Source: a virus
Length of the DNA stretch: 64,000 nucleotides
IMG/VR virus record: IMGVR_UViG_3300012953_000020
Location: 1 to 64,000 of that record
Reading direction: 5' to 3' (one strand)
Part shown: piece by piece, positions 46,184 to 61,100 of the stretch
Layout of the letters: every line of letters starts with the position of its first letter
Numbering within the stretch: the stretch's first letter is position 1
Program-made: the position numbers and the translations under genes
Notes under the pieces: generated by a model
Told to the model about the DNA's origin: nothing
The model's input: only the letters and a program-made list of their open reading frames with translations
The model's database searches: none

Positions 46184-49100
46184 TTAAAATTCTGAGAATG
46201 GATCGCCGTCGCCGGGACTGAAGATGGAAATCTGTTCTTGTATAATTTCGCTATTTAATCGAACACGACCGCCCTTCCCTCCTCGGCTTGGATGAGGTAA
46301 GTCGAAAAACGGCACTCTTGATCTCTGGTACCTGTCCAGGTTCTGGGAGAACAGGAGATTTAGGGCGCTATTGTTTGTTATCTCGCGGCGAGCTGGATCA
46401 AAAAACCGTGTCTCCACAGTCACTGTCCTGTTATCAGCGCTTATCTCATTATTGTTATTAAATGTACCCTCTACGTTAGTACAAACTGCCAGCTTTCTGC
46501 CCTCTAAAAGATCGCAAAAATAACCAAAGTGGTTTCTTCTAAAAACCACCTTAGGACGAAGATGATCATAATTCATCATTCCGTACTTCACCCCCTTGGG
46601 GTGCTCTAGGGTTTGTCGTGTCTGCTCTGGTAACGCGTTCCAGTTTCCTCCGCCATAGGCATCGCTAGCGGCGGCGGTAAAATTATCCGGAAAACCAACA
46701 CCGTCATGACCAGACATGCTACCAGTGTTTACGGTCATTAAGTTCCTGTTGACCCCTGAACCAAAGCCGAAAAGCAAAGCTGCGGCTTGTCTAAAGCTAC
46801 TGTCATTGACTTGATCAATTTGATCTGTATACACTGGCTGTAAAGTGGCCCCAGACAAGTCTGTTATTTTTATTTTTTGAGTACCAGCGTCATAAAAAGT
46901 GTGGTAAACATCACTATAATCGCCGCCTTGTGTAGCTTTCATAACTGAAACGAGTGTATCTGTATTTAAGTTAGAGCTCTTATCAAAGAATGCAGCAGTG
47001 GCGTTGGTATTTGTTATCGTCAGCTGCTTTTTAACTGTTGGACTTTGGAAGATCTTTAATGTGCCACCAGATTCTTTACCCGCAAAATTATACTTATCGT
47101 CAGAAGTGTTAAGACCAAAGTTCGCAAATTCTTCTGTCTTTGTTAAGTCCCTGTTGTCAGCAGGATCAAAGTCTTCTTCCGCGAATATGTTAACACGGTT
47201 GCCGGCTTCGTCGAAATTATAAGTCTCAAAAATGAAGCGATGTCTCCAATCTGCTACAAATTGACTTTCAAAAGTCGAGATTGGCAGATTGGTCGCGGCG
47301 TCTACGTGATCTTTTGATCTAACAATAACCCTGGTGTTCGTGTGTAGAGATATTGAAGCGTTTTCCTTGCCCTTAACAAATTCAAGATTCAATACGTTTC
47401 TCGTCCCGCCAGAGCTGGCGATACTAGTGACATTAAATATCATAAAATCACCATCGTCGGCAGCGTGGTCCCTAAACTCTATTTGTGTCTCGCCGCCCGA
47501 TACGGCAGCTACAGCACCTCTAACGCTGAGCTGTATATTGGCTAGTTGGCCCATCGTAATAGAAGTAGTCGCTTGAGTTATTGTAGCGCTTGGCGCAGAT
47601 TCCGCAGTATCTGCATACAAACTACCAAGCGTGTCATTGAAGTAAGTGTTTCTCTGCCTGATAGGTGCGCCTATGAATAGTGCAAGATTATTATCATCAA
47701 TGTATGTGCCATTTTCTGTGTGCACCTGCAGTAAGACTGGAGACATTGAGAAATCTGATTGTCGACTACCTGAAGTTAAGAACTTGGTAGGGACAATTTT
47801 CTTCCCTGGTACGTGGGCCGGCATATATTTCGATATATCAACAGGTAAGGAGTCAAAAAACACTAAATCATGATTTTCAGAAATGTTGCTGGAGTCGCCC
47901 TTATAAATTGACATAAAACGATCAACAGAACCGGTTGTAAGTAAAGCCTTAGGGCTACCCCCAACTTCATTAGTCCTAGATCCAAAAGTTATAGTCGACA
48001 CACTTGAGTTAGTCCTTACAAAAGACGTTGGAGAAATAATTTCTGATGCCATAGATCCAGAGAACTCAGAGTCTAATCTAAGCTCATATTGATCATATGT
48101 TTCATCCCCTATCACAGAATACACCACACCGGGGTTTACATAGTCAGTCTTTCTCTTCGGATACCTGGGTACGTTATTCTGGATGTAAGAACCATATAGC
48201 ACTAACTTTGACTGGCTGTGGGGCCCGAAAGTGGTCTCAATGCATTTACCAGTGTCAATAGCTCGAGTTCGGTTGCCGACTGAATGAACCGTTTGTCTGT
48301 TGCCCATATCATCGAGCTGTGGTGGTATTTGACCACCACCTAGATTAACGAAAGAAGGAAAACCAGAATGAAATCCCGGGACAGCTGTTTGGAAACCTAA
48401 AACGATGTCGTCTTCTGGCTCTAAAATGTATGGATTTTCTTCCTCAAAATTTGTCCCAGTTGAAATATCCTCTGTAAAGAAACTCTTATATTGGTCTTTA
48501 GTCGGATCAAACTGGTCAAAACTGTCCAGGTAAAAAGACATTTGGTTAAGTTTAAAGCTCTGGCCGCTAGGAGCGTCGCCAGACACAGTCTTAGCAGCGC
48601 GTGTGCCTCCTAAGCCATCAAAATCGTAACTTCCAATGAAGTTTGCTGTTGGGCTCACATTCACAAATTGAGGTAGTGTGGCTTGTGAAGGATTATCGTA
48701 CTGATCTAAAATCGCGAGGCGATACGGAAAATATTTCGCCAACTTCGGTGTGGTTTTACAGCTCCCCTTAACAGCTATAAGTCCAGAGTGCAAATTGTAG
48801 TTCCCTTTGTACGTATTCGCATGGGAAGTAGCAGTTGCGTGAGAGACAAACCTGATAGCCTGGAGCCCAGCGGGAGCAGTTATACCAGCTAGTGAGCCAC
48901 CAGCGTTGTCAACCAGATCCGTCGTGCCATCCTCACCCTTAAAAGGTCCGGATGATCCTTTTTTTGAATGATTCAAGCTAGAGACCTTTTTAGGTATTGA
49001 AAACTTTAGACCCGTGACAGTGTTACGTGGGCCTTGAGACGAATAAAGAACGTCTACAAATGGATTATCATGAGGATCGGCATCTATCTTGATATTTAAT

Positions 49101-52100
49101 TCACGTCCCAAGCCATTCTCGAGAAGATTTAAACCATTAGAACCAGTCGTTTCAAAGCTGCCGAATACTCCAAGGTGAGGATGCTCCATCGTCTGCTTGT
49201 TAGAACCAGTTGAAGCCGTGATGTGGTCTGTTCCACGGTAATAAAGATGACCAGGATCATTGACGAAGTAATAGTGGCCGAGCTTTCCTGAATTTTCATA
49301 GGCCATCATTGCATAACCGTGATAAGCAACTTGTGAATATGCAATCAACTCACGTGTCGAATTGGTGATTGAGCAGCTCTGAGACGTTATATTGAAACCT
49401 CCTGCCCGAATATAACTTCGGTATTCTTCTTGGCCAGGTGCTGTGTCTGTAGAGGGCGGTCTGTCGATAGTGTTACCGCTGTACACAAATTCTGATGTTG
49501 CGTGAGGACTTGGAGTGGCATCAACGGGCGTGGCATTGGCAAATGGTCTTATAAGGCCAGGGTCGCCGTACCCACCGCTAACACTATGCTCGTAAGCGAA
49601 TGTATTTTGGTATTGATCGCCCCTAAAATCCCTCATACGGTCATCCAGAGTATAATAGAGGTACCTACTTAGATTAGTGTCCTGATTAGACGTTATCGAA
49701 GCTTCCGTCTGAAGATCAGAGCTGCTAAAATCAAGACTACTGACATTATCGATAGAAACTGTAAGGGTGTCAGAAGTAGTTCCGCCCAGTCGAGCAGTCA
49801 AAGAATTTGCAGATATATACGGCAAATTGTCAATAGGGTTTGTATACTCTTGAACAAATTTGATGATCTGTCTAATAGAGAGGAAGAGCTCAAAAATGTG
49901 CGGTTGGTAATAAGGGCCGGCGCCGGCGAACTGTTGATAGACATTTTTAGCGTCAATACCGAAGATTAGACCCTCGCCGCTATAGCGCTTATTAACGTCA
50001 TTATTAATGACGACGGGAGTGGCGGTATCGTATAAAATACCACGTCTCAGCATGCCGAACCATGCCGCGTAGTCGGCACCGGTGGTAGCTGCACCCACCG
50101 TCGGCCCATCAAGAAAGCTATCAAAGCCTCGGGACGTCACAATGTAAATACGTATCTTATGAGGAATTTCCCTTACTTTCACGTTTGCAGACGTGGTTTC
50201 AACAGCCAGATTTGTGATATTAGAAACTGCCGCAGATCCTGTATTGGCGTTTGTTTCTGACAAGTATATACGCTGTATTCCAGAAGCTTCACTGGGCACT
50301 GCGCTTACCACAAGTTTGTTATTGTGACCGTTAGAGTGTACAATTGCCTCCCTAAGAAGTGTAAGAACGCCATGTTGGGTTGGAGGAGACGATGAAAAAT
50401 CAAATCCAACTGCGATTCCTGTCGCTCCGGAAGTAAGCGTGGCGGTAGTGGCGGGGCTGGAACCATTACTTTTAAGTGTTTGACCAGCCGTGACAGTAGC
50501 CAAGTGCGCCCGACCACCATCACCGGTGTCCGATATAAAATAGTCTACGACCGTGCCGTCTGCAGAATTGATAGTGATTTTTTGCCCGGCGGTCATTCCA
50601 TGGGCGCCATCACCATCAGTCACTTTTAATACTGCATTCATGGTACGTAACGCAGTGAAGACATTGCTGTATGTTACACCGGCGTGAGCTTCCGAGGCAG
50701 GAGTATTATCACCGGCCTCTGGGGTGCTCGAATATATGTTAGACAGCTCGGCAGAGCCAGGAAAGCCAGAACCAGCGGAATATATACGGTACTTTCTGCC
50801 CTTGATAATAGAGTTCTTGATAAAGGGGTCAAATGCTGGACTGTGAGGCGTTATTTCTAGATACGGTAGATTGGTGTCACTTGTAAAAGTCCTAAGCCAA
50901 ATGTTTATGTGGGCATCAGTGGCGGAACCAAAGAAGTGCCCGAGTACCGCGGTGGGGTTAGGCCATGCAATGTAGTCAATAAGGTACGGGTGGCCATAGA
51001 CCTCGTATGTTTTCGGATGAGTCTCTGGAACAAGTCCAGAAAACGCGCTTTGACCATCAGCGAACACCTGCAAGTACATTCGTCCACCTGTAGGACCGGT
51101 CAACGCGTCTAGCGCTGTTGATTTAACTGCACCGGGTATCGGGACAGAGAATGTTGTGTCGACGCAGGGTTTCTCACGCATTAAGAAGAAAGTATCACAG
51201 CGCCAGAAAGCAGAGCCCTCGTTAGTCGTAGCGTTAGAGGTATCACCAGACGTAAGATAACCCGTGAACTGATCATCTCGATTGTAAATATTACCACCGA
51301 CCCTGTGATATGCTCCTTCTTTTTCAAGCCGCTCCTTAGTAAAAGATGTGAGGCGGTTACCATGATTGCTATAGCTGTTTGTTAACAAAGCGAAAGGTTG
51401 CGTCCTGTTGGTATGAGGATAAAACCTCTCGTATAATCGCTGAGCTTCGATATTCCTGAATCTATCGTCGTATAACCCCATGTAGCTAATTAGAGATGAT
51501 GATTTAGAACTATCAGTGTTGGAATAAGTTACGCCGTTAAGGTTTCCATAATTGCTAAATGGTAAATCGTCAGAAGTCTCAGGTAAGATACGAGCAATAC
51601 CTTCTTGAACTTCATCACGAATTGAAGAGCTACAGATTATCTCAAATTTCTCTAGCATGAACGGTCCGTCTAGATAATTAGACAGGTTTAATCTCTGACC
51701 GTCGGACGGCTTAAAGGTATCAGAGAAAGGAAAACCAAAGCTTGAGATAGGGCGCGCGCGGAGGGGCAGTTCCGCGTAATGCAAGTCGTTAAAATCTGTG
51801 CCTCTATTTCTATCATTTTCAGCCGTATGGATACCCCCTACAAAAGATGTATACTTACCAGCAAAATCTTCTGCTTCAGCGCCGGTAAAAGTTTTTTCCA
51901 TAGTGAGTGTCGCGTTGGCGACAACATCGTCAGAGCCATTTCCAAGAAAAACCTGCGGGAATATTGAGACTTGATCATGATAAAAATCGATCACCAATTC
52001 GCCATCATTTCCAGACCCAGTGTTTGAAACTTCAACCCCTGAATTATTGGCGATAATAGCTTTCATCACATTGTCGTATGTAGCCTTCGCCGAGCTGCTA

Positions 52101-55100
52101 TCTACCACTACAGTGACAATTCGGCCTGATATAGCGCCAGTAGTACCGCTGACAAAGAACCTGTATTGAGTCTCTGATTTACCAGGGTTACCATAGCCAT
52201 CGCTTGTTCCATCTAAAACAACACAGATGCGCTGGCCCGAGTTGGGATTACCTACATATTTGAGCTTATATCTTACTTTAGCGTGGCCGGTGATCCTGAG
52301 GGGCTCGATCGTATTGTAAATTCGCTGATTACCCGCTGCGCCCGGTAATACTTGCTCTAGCTTAAGTGGAGTTTCCTTTAGAGGATCCACTATACCATAA
52401 TCTGTTATATCAGACGTTGAAACAGGAGCACTCACGTTAGTTGAATAATTTAAGTCTGGCACCAGCGTTGCGACCTTAGCAGAAGGGCCTACTTGGCTGT
52501 CTAGTGTGTACACCCTGTACGTTCCCGGACTCACATAAAAGTATAGTCTGGTGCCTGCATCGTAAGAGCGACCAAAGGCGATCTCAAAGGTGACAACCAG
52601 ATTAGAGTTGACTACAAAACCGCTGGGACTTCCGGAAGCTGTTAAGCTAACAATAGAACCCCACGTTGACTTTTGAGTATCAAGAGGTAGGGTACAGTTT
52701 ATTTTGTCCGTATGCCCGACAGATATCGCGCTCTTTAACTGAAATAGTAGGCTCTGATTGTTGACTCCAGAAGTGGTTGTGGTAAGAGCAACTGCCACTG
52801 CGCCATTTTTTGCTGTTACGACAGCCGACGTTCCAAATCTATCCACAGCGGCCCCATCTACGACAGTGGCGCCAGTGGAGAGAGTTGTAAAATCGTCTCT
52901 ATCAACGAAGACGTAGTCTTTAGTCGTCCCATCAGTCGATGTCAATTGGAGCTTGTGACCAGCTGTGATTTGTCGGCCGCGGCCGGTGGTGCCGATCCTC
53001 TTAAATGATTCCATATCAGCTCTAGCAAGAGACCCGCCAGATATACCTGCGTTATGCTTGGAACGAGTGAAGGGCACCACCACAGATGTACCACCAGCGT
53101 ATGTTCCCATCGCTATCTCGACGTAGTGTTGGGTAGAATCTTTTTTTATCTCTATCAATGTACCTGAGGGGTTGGCAGAAGCGAAATCGCTGGCTGCTGA
53201 AGCGTCAGCAAAAGTTAAATTTCCGCTAGATCCAAAGGTCACACTGGCTGGTGAGGCCGCCAGCAAGGAGGCACCTGAACCTAAAGTGTTACTATGCGTT
53301 TCAGTTAATGAGAACGCGCTACCACTTACATAGGAAATATAAGCGCAGGCTAGTCCTAGGACGTCTTTACGATGAATGCTGAAACCATAGGTACCTCCAA
53401 ATCCGATAGGGGCTCCGTCTTGAAATGCTGCAACTGCATCAATAATGGCTTGGTTACGTGTAGTACCAGCTGCCGCAGCTGTCCGGTCTGTCTCAATCTT
53501 TGGGGAAAATGTCGACTTTGTAATGGACTCCCACTTTTTATCTGCAAAATTGAAATAGCCCATTGGATTATAGTTTGCAACTGCAAAGCCGTCAGAGGTT
53601 GCGTCAGCTGATCCTGTTGTGAAGCCAAGTGTGGTCTTTTGAGATGGGTTTATGTCGATTTCTATTCTAACTCTATTACGAGTGCCGGCATTAAACCTGC
53701 TAGCAGAACCTGATAGGACTGAGCCGGCAGCAAAGTAAGACAGAGCGATGTCCATCCTATCATCATCTACAAAGGGCTTGCTGATGGTGAGACTCGGTTC
53801 CCTGATAAAAAGTGACTCTCTAGCCGCTAAAGAAACATCTGGGTTCAACATCAAATTGAAACCAGTGATATCGAACAGGAAGCTAGACGGGCTTTGTGTA
53901 CTAGTCCCGTATCCAATAAAGTTTACACGACTTACACTGGCATCCGGATCGTTAGGAGTCAGTGTAATAACTGCGTTGTTAGTGCTAACTTCTATCGGTA
54001 AATTATCTTTAGCTACTGAGTCTGCTATTGAGTTTGCTAGGGAAGTCGCTAAATCAGAACTTGATGTTAAGTCGGACGTCCCTACGTTATATCGATTAGA
54101 CGAAGCCATGGTTAGCTTAGAGTCTAGTCTAGCGCTGTATCTAATACCTTGTACTACGAAACTTATAATAGGCTTAAGAGGAGTATTATTATCCTTGTAG
54201 CTGCGCGGCTGATTTTGCACATCCACGAATTGTCTATTAATATCACGTTCAGCAGTAGGGTCTGATAGTAAATTTTCTATATATTCTTGATCTACCGCAG
54301 AGCCCTCTATGAAATTTTGTAACCCGGTAGCGCTACACTCTATGGTAGCTTTAACATCTTCAGCTACCTTACGACCGACGACTATTTTCTTATCTCGTGG
54401 TGTAGAAGAAAAGTCAACCAATCGAGGGTCCGGTGATTTTAGTCCTGACATTCTCAAGTCTGAGACGGTTATGTTGGAAGCTGGGCTACTGGAAACAACA
54501 CATAAGGATGTAGGGGCCGGTTGTATCAAACAAAAATCAGCACGCTTTCCAAACTCATTGTCTGAAGAAGGGTTCTCAGTTATTGTAAGCGATTTACCGA
54601 AGTCTGGGATTAGCGTCATACTGGCTTTATTGGAAGAACCGCCGTTGTTGATCGCAGTTATGCCGAAACTAGAGACAGCGTTTATTTTTGCGACTAGCTC
54701 AGCGACAGCCAGAGTGGCGGCTCGGTCAGTACCAATACCCACTTTATCAGAGTCTGCATGATCTAAATTGTCTCCGGAGCCAGCTGCGGTCGTGTAACTA
54801 GAAGTAGCAGTCCCATTAGATATCTGCAGTACTTGTGACGTTGGGATATTACCTGTATCGAAGGTGTTGTTAAAAGTTACCACTTTTGCAGAACTGTTAT
54901 ACTCGCTACTTGCAGATCCGGCAGCTTGATACTCGATCTTAATTGAATTAAAAGAAAGTCTAGAAACTTTAACAGGGATCCCTGAATATTTTCTGATCTT
55001 ATTTAGCAAGCCTTGCAGCTGATCTACAACAGCGGTTTGAGTTGACAGACTGTTTATACCACACCCAAACCTAGTGGCAGCTGCAACGGGTGCCTTAATG

Positions 55101-58100
55101 TTGCTAGAATCAGTTATGACGCTGGTGTTATTGTCTAGCGTAAAACCGTCAGCGGTAGTAGTTGTTGTGTCAAAAACTACCTGGAAATCCCTTCCGTCTG
55201 GAAGGCGCATGCTAAAAGCTGAATCGTTTACCGGCATGTCAGAAAAAGTAAATACTACAGATCCTGTCACTCCTGTCGGCATCATGTGCGGGTAGGCGAC
55301 ATCAACAGAAGCTAACTGATCGCTGAGTAAATCATCTTTAAATGGTGAATATGAATCCCCAACGATATCGAGTTCCCTAAACTTCCTTTCCAGAAATTTC
55401 TTGGGTAAATCAGATTTGAACCCTGATTTTGTCCTCAAGAGTAGGTGAGACTCAGCGATCTTAGAAGCTTCATCTTGTGATAACTTCCTATCCAGTATAC
55501 TCAGCTCTGCTAGGTTGAAGTTATTATAGAAACTGGCAGCATCGGCGTTTTGCTGCGGTGAGGTGCCGAAATTTGTCGCGACGCCAGAAGTTTTGCTTCC
55601 ATAGCCTATAAATAGTCGAGGGTTAATAGATCCCAAGCTATCCTCTGCGTTTTGTGCTCCAGCAGGCGCTGAACCGACTGAAGAGAAAGTAGAATGTCCA
55701 ACTTGTGCACCGTGATTTTCAGAATCATAAAGTGCCATGAAATTAGTTTCGTCGCTGTAATCGAAACCCGCCTCACTAAACGCGATTACCAGCGTGTACC
55801 ACTTATCTAGTGGGAGACCTATGGCGTTCCTGTCTATGGTCGCATTCCAATAAGTACTGTCTGCCACGTCGCCATCAGGACGTAGTCTAAACTCAAATTT
55901 AGTCTTGTCTGCCTTTAGGTAATACCTCGCTTTTGCGCTGGTGCCGCCGCCAGACATGGTGAATATCACACCATCTGTCCCAGATACCGGCTCGTTGTTG
56001 TAGACGCGGACTATGATTGTCTTATGACCTCTTGCCTTTAAACCAGCTGAGCCTTGTGTCATACCGGCAGCGCTGCTAAACCCTCCGCTGAAACCGCTTA
56101 ACCCAAGATTGCTAATCTTGGATGTCATATCAGTTGATCCTGATTTAAAAGTAATTGTTCCTGGGCCGCCTTCTGCTACAGGTATGTTAGTGATCAGTGT
56201 GTTACCAGCAGCTTCACCAAAATTACCGCTATTTGTATTAAGTGCATCCTCAGTGACAGTGACAGTAGCCCCAGTGCCACCCTCGATGTTAAGGGAAGCG
56301 TCAGATGCAGTATTACCTGCGACCACTGTAGCTGTGACATTCATAGTAGCATTAGCGTTGATTCTGGTGACCATGTGACTCACGACATTGTCGTTGGTGT
56401 TGCCACCGCCTACGTCGATGCCATAAGCGAAATTTAAATGGCTTACGCTAGCGCTAGTAGAGTGCTCTTGAGTGCTGGCAAGACTCTTGAAAGTGATATA
56501 ATGCCGAACATTTGCACCGAAAGAAGCTGTCTCGTCGGATCCATATTCGTCAACGTTGAAAGGGTGTGCTATGACTGTCGCCTTGAGTCGAGCAGCAAGC
56601 GTTTTTACGTCGTTGGCGCCTTGAATACCGATTGTAGTGCCTGAAGTGGAAGTTGTCGCGTCACTAAACGTGAACGTCACTAAAGTGTTACTTGAATCTC
56701 TTAGCGTAAGCGTCTTTCCGTGCAAATCGCTTATTGTAGTACCCGCCTCTATGTATACAATAAGCTGCTTGCTGTCCAAATAATTGACAGCAGCGAAGTC
56801 TATATAATTTGTGCCGTCGCTGATTCTTAAGCGAGGAGCATTACCACCATTATAACTACCGAAAGCCCCCATTCCGAACTCGCCTCCAGTCACAAACCTG
56901 ACTCTCTTTCCGCCGGCGGTGGCTGCGGACTCAAACGCTTCTGAGGTCCTTAAGACAAGACTTATTTTACTGTCTCTTAGAGTCGTCCCATGTAGAACCT
57001 TTTTAGGAGTAGGACCAACAACTGCAGCGCCTATGTATTGTCTCTTGGTCAGTGTTCCATACTCAGAGGGGCTTGAGCTAGAGGTTCCTGACGCTGTAGA
57101 GTTTAGCGCGTCTAGTGTAAGGACTGCTACATCTTGGTCCTTGAGTATACCAGAAGCTGTTCGGTATACATAGTCAACGCTGCCAACAGTGAAGTAAAAA
57201 GCTTGACCTGGTTTATAAAACTCTGGAAATGAAGAAGCCCCAATAGACAGTGTTATGCTACTATCACCATATTGCTGGCCAGCTTGAAGGCTTAGAGTGC
57301 CCCAAGAGCTCAACGCGGTTTTGGTAGACGTCTTTACGTGACCTCCTAAAGTGGGTTTGGAAATAGCAGACTTTAGATTATCAAAAAAGCTTAAATAATT
57401 AGTATTCTTGTCATATCGAACAACAATATCACCTATGCGATAATCATTTGCAGATACTGTCGAGACCCCATCGTAAGCATTAGCCACTAAAGGCTGGCCG
57501 GTCTCTGGTATATCATAAATCGGATCAGGAAACTCAGCTGAAGTAAATTCAGCAGAAATAAAACCCTCGCTATATGCTGTGCCTGAAACCTCTAAAGAGG
57601 CGTGAGTTTCAGCGCCGGTGCTCTGCACAATTATTTCAAACGCCTTCCTAAAGCTAGTAGATCCTAACGGTGTAATTTCTACAGGCGTTGAAGCGGGGGC
57701 ACCGGGCTGATGATTGATAACGGTAATAGTATCACCGGAAAGCGTAGTATTAAATGCGGCGTTGGCACTTACATCGTCGGATGCTCCTGACTCGGGTCCA
57801 TGAATGTATGAAAACGGCAGATCTTCTATTATGCCATCCAAGACAGCGGCAACTCGAGTGGCAGATAATGTCACATCATCAGTGTCTGTGACAGCACAGA
57901 ACCCAGCGGTCTTTCCGAACTGGCCGTCGCCGTGCTCGGTAACAGATATTGTTCTTATCGATAGATCACCTGTCCGTCTGGTTTTGGGTTGTAATATCAG
58001 GCTAGCTGCAGTGTCCCCCCCTGTAAAGACACCATTGGACGCCGCTGAGGCTGAGCCAACCGTGGTGTTAGCAAGGTTACTTGTTACCGTGGTGTTACCT

Positions 58101-61100
58101 GCAGAGCCTTTAGCTTTTTGAGTTATCGTTATAGCAGCCCCAGACACTGCGCTCACTGTGACCAACGAAGCTATGGTACTTTGTTCAATGGCAGATTTCA
58201 GTGCGATAGCAGAAGAGGTGCTTGAGCCGGCAACAGAAAAAAGTGTAGCGCTTGTTGTGCTAGCATGAGCAGTAATCGTTGCTGAAGTGGTGGTCGAAGC
58301 GTCAGCGTTGAGAGCAACAATCGTGATTGCGTTACCTGCCGTTGGAGTATTAGAGAAAGTAATTGTTACTGAAGCCGCTGAAGAGGCTCCTACATCAAGT
58401 GCAATAACGTCCAAATTGCTGGCGTTAATTTTCCTCACAAACTCGTCCACCACGACATCAGATGCTCTAGATGTACCAACACCAATTTGAGTGTTAGACG
58501 ATGCGTCTGCACCTCCCGATGTGGTCGCTGTAGTGTACGTAACTGTTGTTGCCCCGTCCGAAATGACTAGAGTATCGCCCGGGTCTATATTACTTGACGT
58601 AAAGTTACCAGTGAACGAGACTGTCTTGGCACCTGCAACTCGGACGGCGGTGTGGCCGTCGGAAGTTGCAGCAGAAGCAGAATTTGTTACCTCTAGCTTG
58701 TAGATATTATTTAGTTTGTCTACCAGATGTATTTGTTTCCCGTTTGCTTGGGTAATTGTCGGGCACTTGACGGTAAAGCGCATGTAAGATTTGTCAATAT
58801 CTAACCTTAGAGACTCTTCAAAATCGCCTGAGTGAGTTAAGATATTGCTTAGTGTCCCCGCTGCAGAGCTGGCTATACTGGCCATTATCGCGCTCTTTAA
58901 GTTAGCGACGGTGAGGGTGGCTAATCGGCTTGCAGGAATGGGTACAGTAACATTAGACGTGTCTTGACCTGAGATTGAGCTAGCTGATTCGCTAAAGGTA
59001 AATGTCACAGTTGTGTTTGTGAGATCAGTCAGCTTCAGCTGCTTACCGGTTGTTAAATTAGGATTATCTACAAACAGGGTAGTTGAGTTTTGGGAGTTAC
59101 TAAAGCTAGCGCAAGATTGCTGTCTCCTCACTGGGTCAGGGAAATAAACAGGAGAAAATTTCTGAGCGTTACTGGGGATAGCTATACTCTGCGTCAGCCC
59201 AGATGTCACGGTCACAAGGCTTGTTTTTTGTTCAAGCTTTATATAAGAAAATGTATCTGTCTCATTAAAGACAGATGCGCTAACGTTCAAATCAGAGTCT
59301 GCGTTTATTAAGTCTGTTATGTTGTTTGCTGCAGTGGGGACCGTGTTATCATAAGCCAGCCGAGTTGCGCTGTAGATGGTGAATATCTCTGAATCTGTTA
59401 GGATTGAGTTCCAGATCGCGAATTCAGCAATTTTTCCCTGGAAGGCCCTCGTACCGTTATGGCGGTTACCTATACAGGCTGCTTCAGTGTTAGAGCTAAA
59501 ACCGACGTATGTGCCTAGCGGTTCATCTATCTCATCCGGATTATCAGTAATTAATACACCGTTGATATACATTCTGGGGTTGTTGGCGATATTATTGGCA
59601 TCGTAAGTAACGACTACGTGATGCCAATTGTTATCTAGATTAGCTACTGCGGCTGGGGTTCTCCAGTCACCGTATGATGAGGACCACTTTGTATAGAAGC
59701 CGACTTTGTTATTATTTGCAGTTCCGTCTTTAACAATATAGACGAACATGTCTCCGCCGATGTCAAATATCCTGGGATAATTACCGGTACCGTTACCTGT
59801 TACGTAAATCCAAGCAGAAATAGATACCTTTTTTGTGGTGCCAGAAGTAGCGCCCACTATAGCGCTCCACTGGCTGGCGGTCCCTACATTCACAAAGTCG
59901 TTGCCGCCTATGAAGGTATAAGCTGGGTGATTTTTATTCCCAAGCGTGTTAGATGTAATCTTCAATGATAGATCGTTAACGCTATATGACGGAACTATGG
60001 CTGTGGCAGATCCAGTAGCCGTCAAAATTGTTCCGAGCCGTACATATTTCTGCAAACTTTGATCTGAACGATAGGATGACATGGGTCTAGCATACAGCTC
60101 ATGAACTTCATCAACAGTTAGAACCCTTTTCCAGAAACCGAAATCAGCGTAAAGACCTTTTAGGTACCTAGTAGCAGCGTTAGATCCGTAATCGGTTCCA
60201 AGGATTGTCTCATTAACAGTCGCTCCAGCTCCACCAATAGCGACTGTTTGAATAGTGCCGGCAGCTGCTGTGACAGTAGTGGTCGAGGCAGCCCTGCCGT
60301 TTACGTAGATAATTGGTATATTTGAAGCGCTGGTTCCATCGTAAGTGATCGCGATGTGAATCCAGCCGGGAGTCTCGTAGCGAGATGTTGCAGTGGACGT
60401 TTCGTCTGCATGAGAAGCGTTCGCAATGCTGACAATAGATTCTACCGTTCTCACCACCAGATCAGTAGTCGACCAACTCCTGTGGAACTCTAACTTTCCG
60501 CTAATGTCAGATTTTGATCTGATTCGGATGGCATACTTACCCGCCTGAGTACTAAAAATTGTCTGAATATCACTACTGTTGGTGGCTGAATCAGACGGGC
60601 TTTGGTTTGAATGCGGTCTAACCCAGCAAGAGAATGTCGATATGTGTCCTGAGCTTGCCCCTGAAATTGCGTCCCATTGAGTTCTTGTTCCCATGGAGAG
60701 ATGCTGGTGTGTATCAATAGCAGTGTCAAGGGAGCGGCGCCACATATTGTTATGAGCTGCCGGCAATATCGCAGGAACGGACTGATCTACAAACGCATTC
60801 GTACCATGACTGGTATCGTTATAAGCGAAAGCCAGCGTTTCAGTACCCACGTTGGCTGGAGAAGCCGAGAATGTACCTATCCAGACTTTGGCATCCTTAA
60901 TCAGGTCATAGCTTCCAGAAGCATAAGCTTTCTCGTATGTAGAAGGAGCAGCAGAACCTGTTGGTAAATAGTTAGCTCGGGCAGCAAGATTATAACCGGC
61001 GTTTGGGATAAACGCGCTAAAGGCAGAGCCCGTTGCGAAAATAGTAAAGGCCGCTGAATCAACTTTGTACTGTCTTCTAGTGGGTGAAGAATCAAAATCT

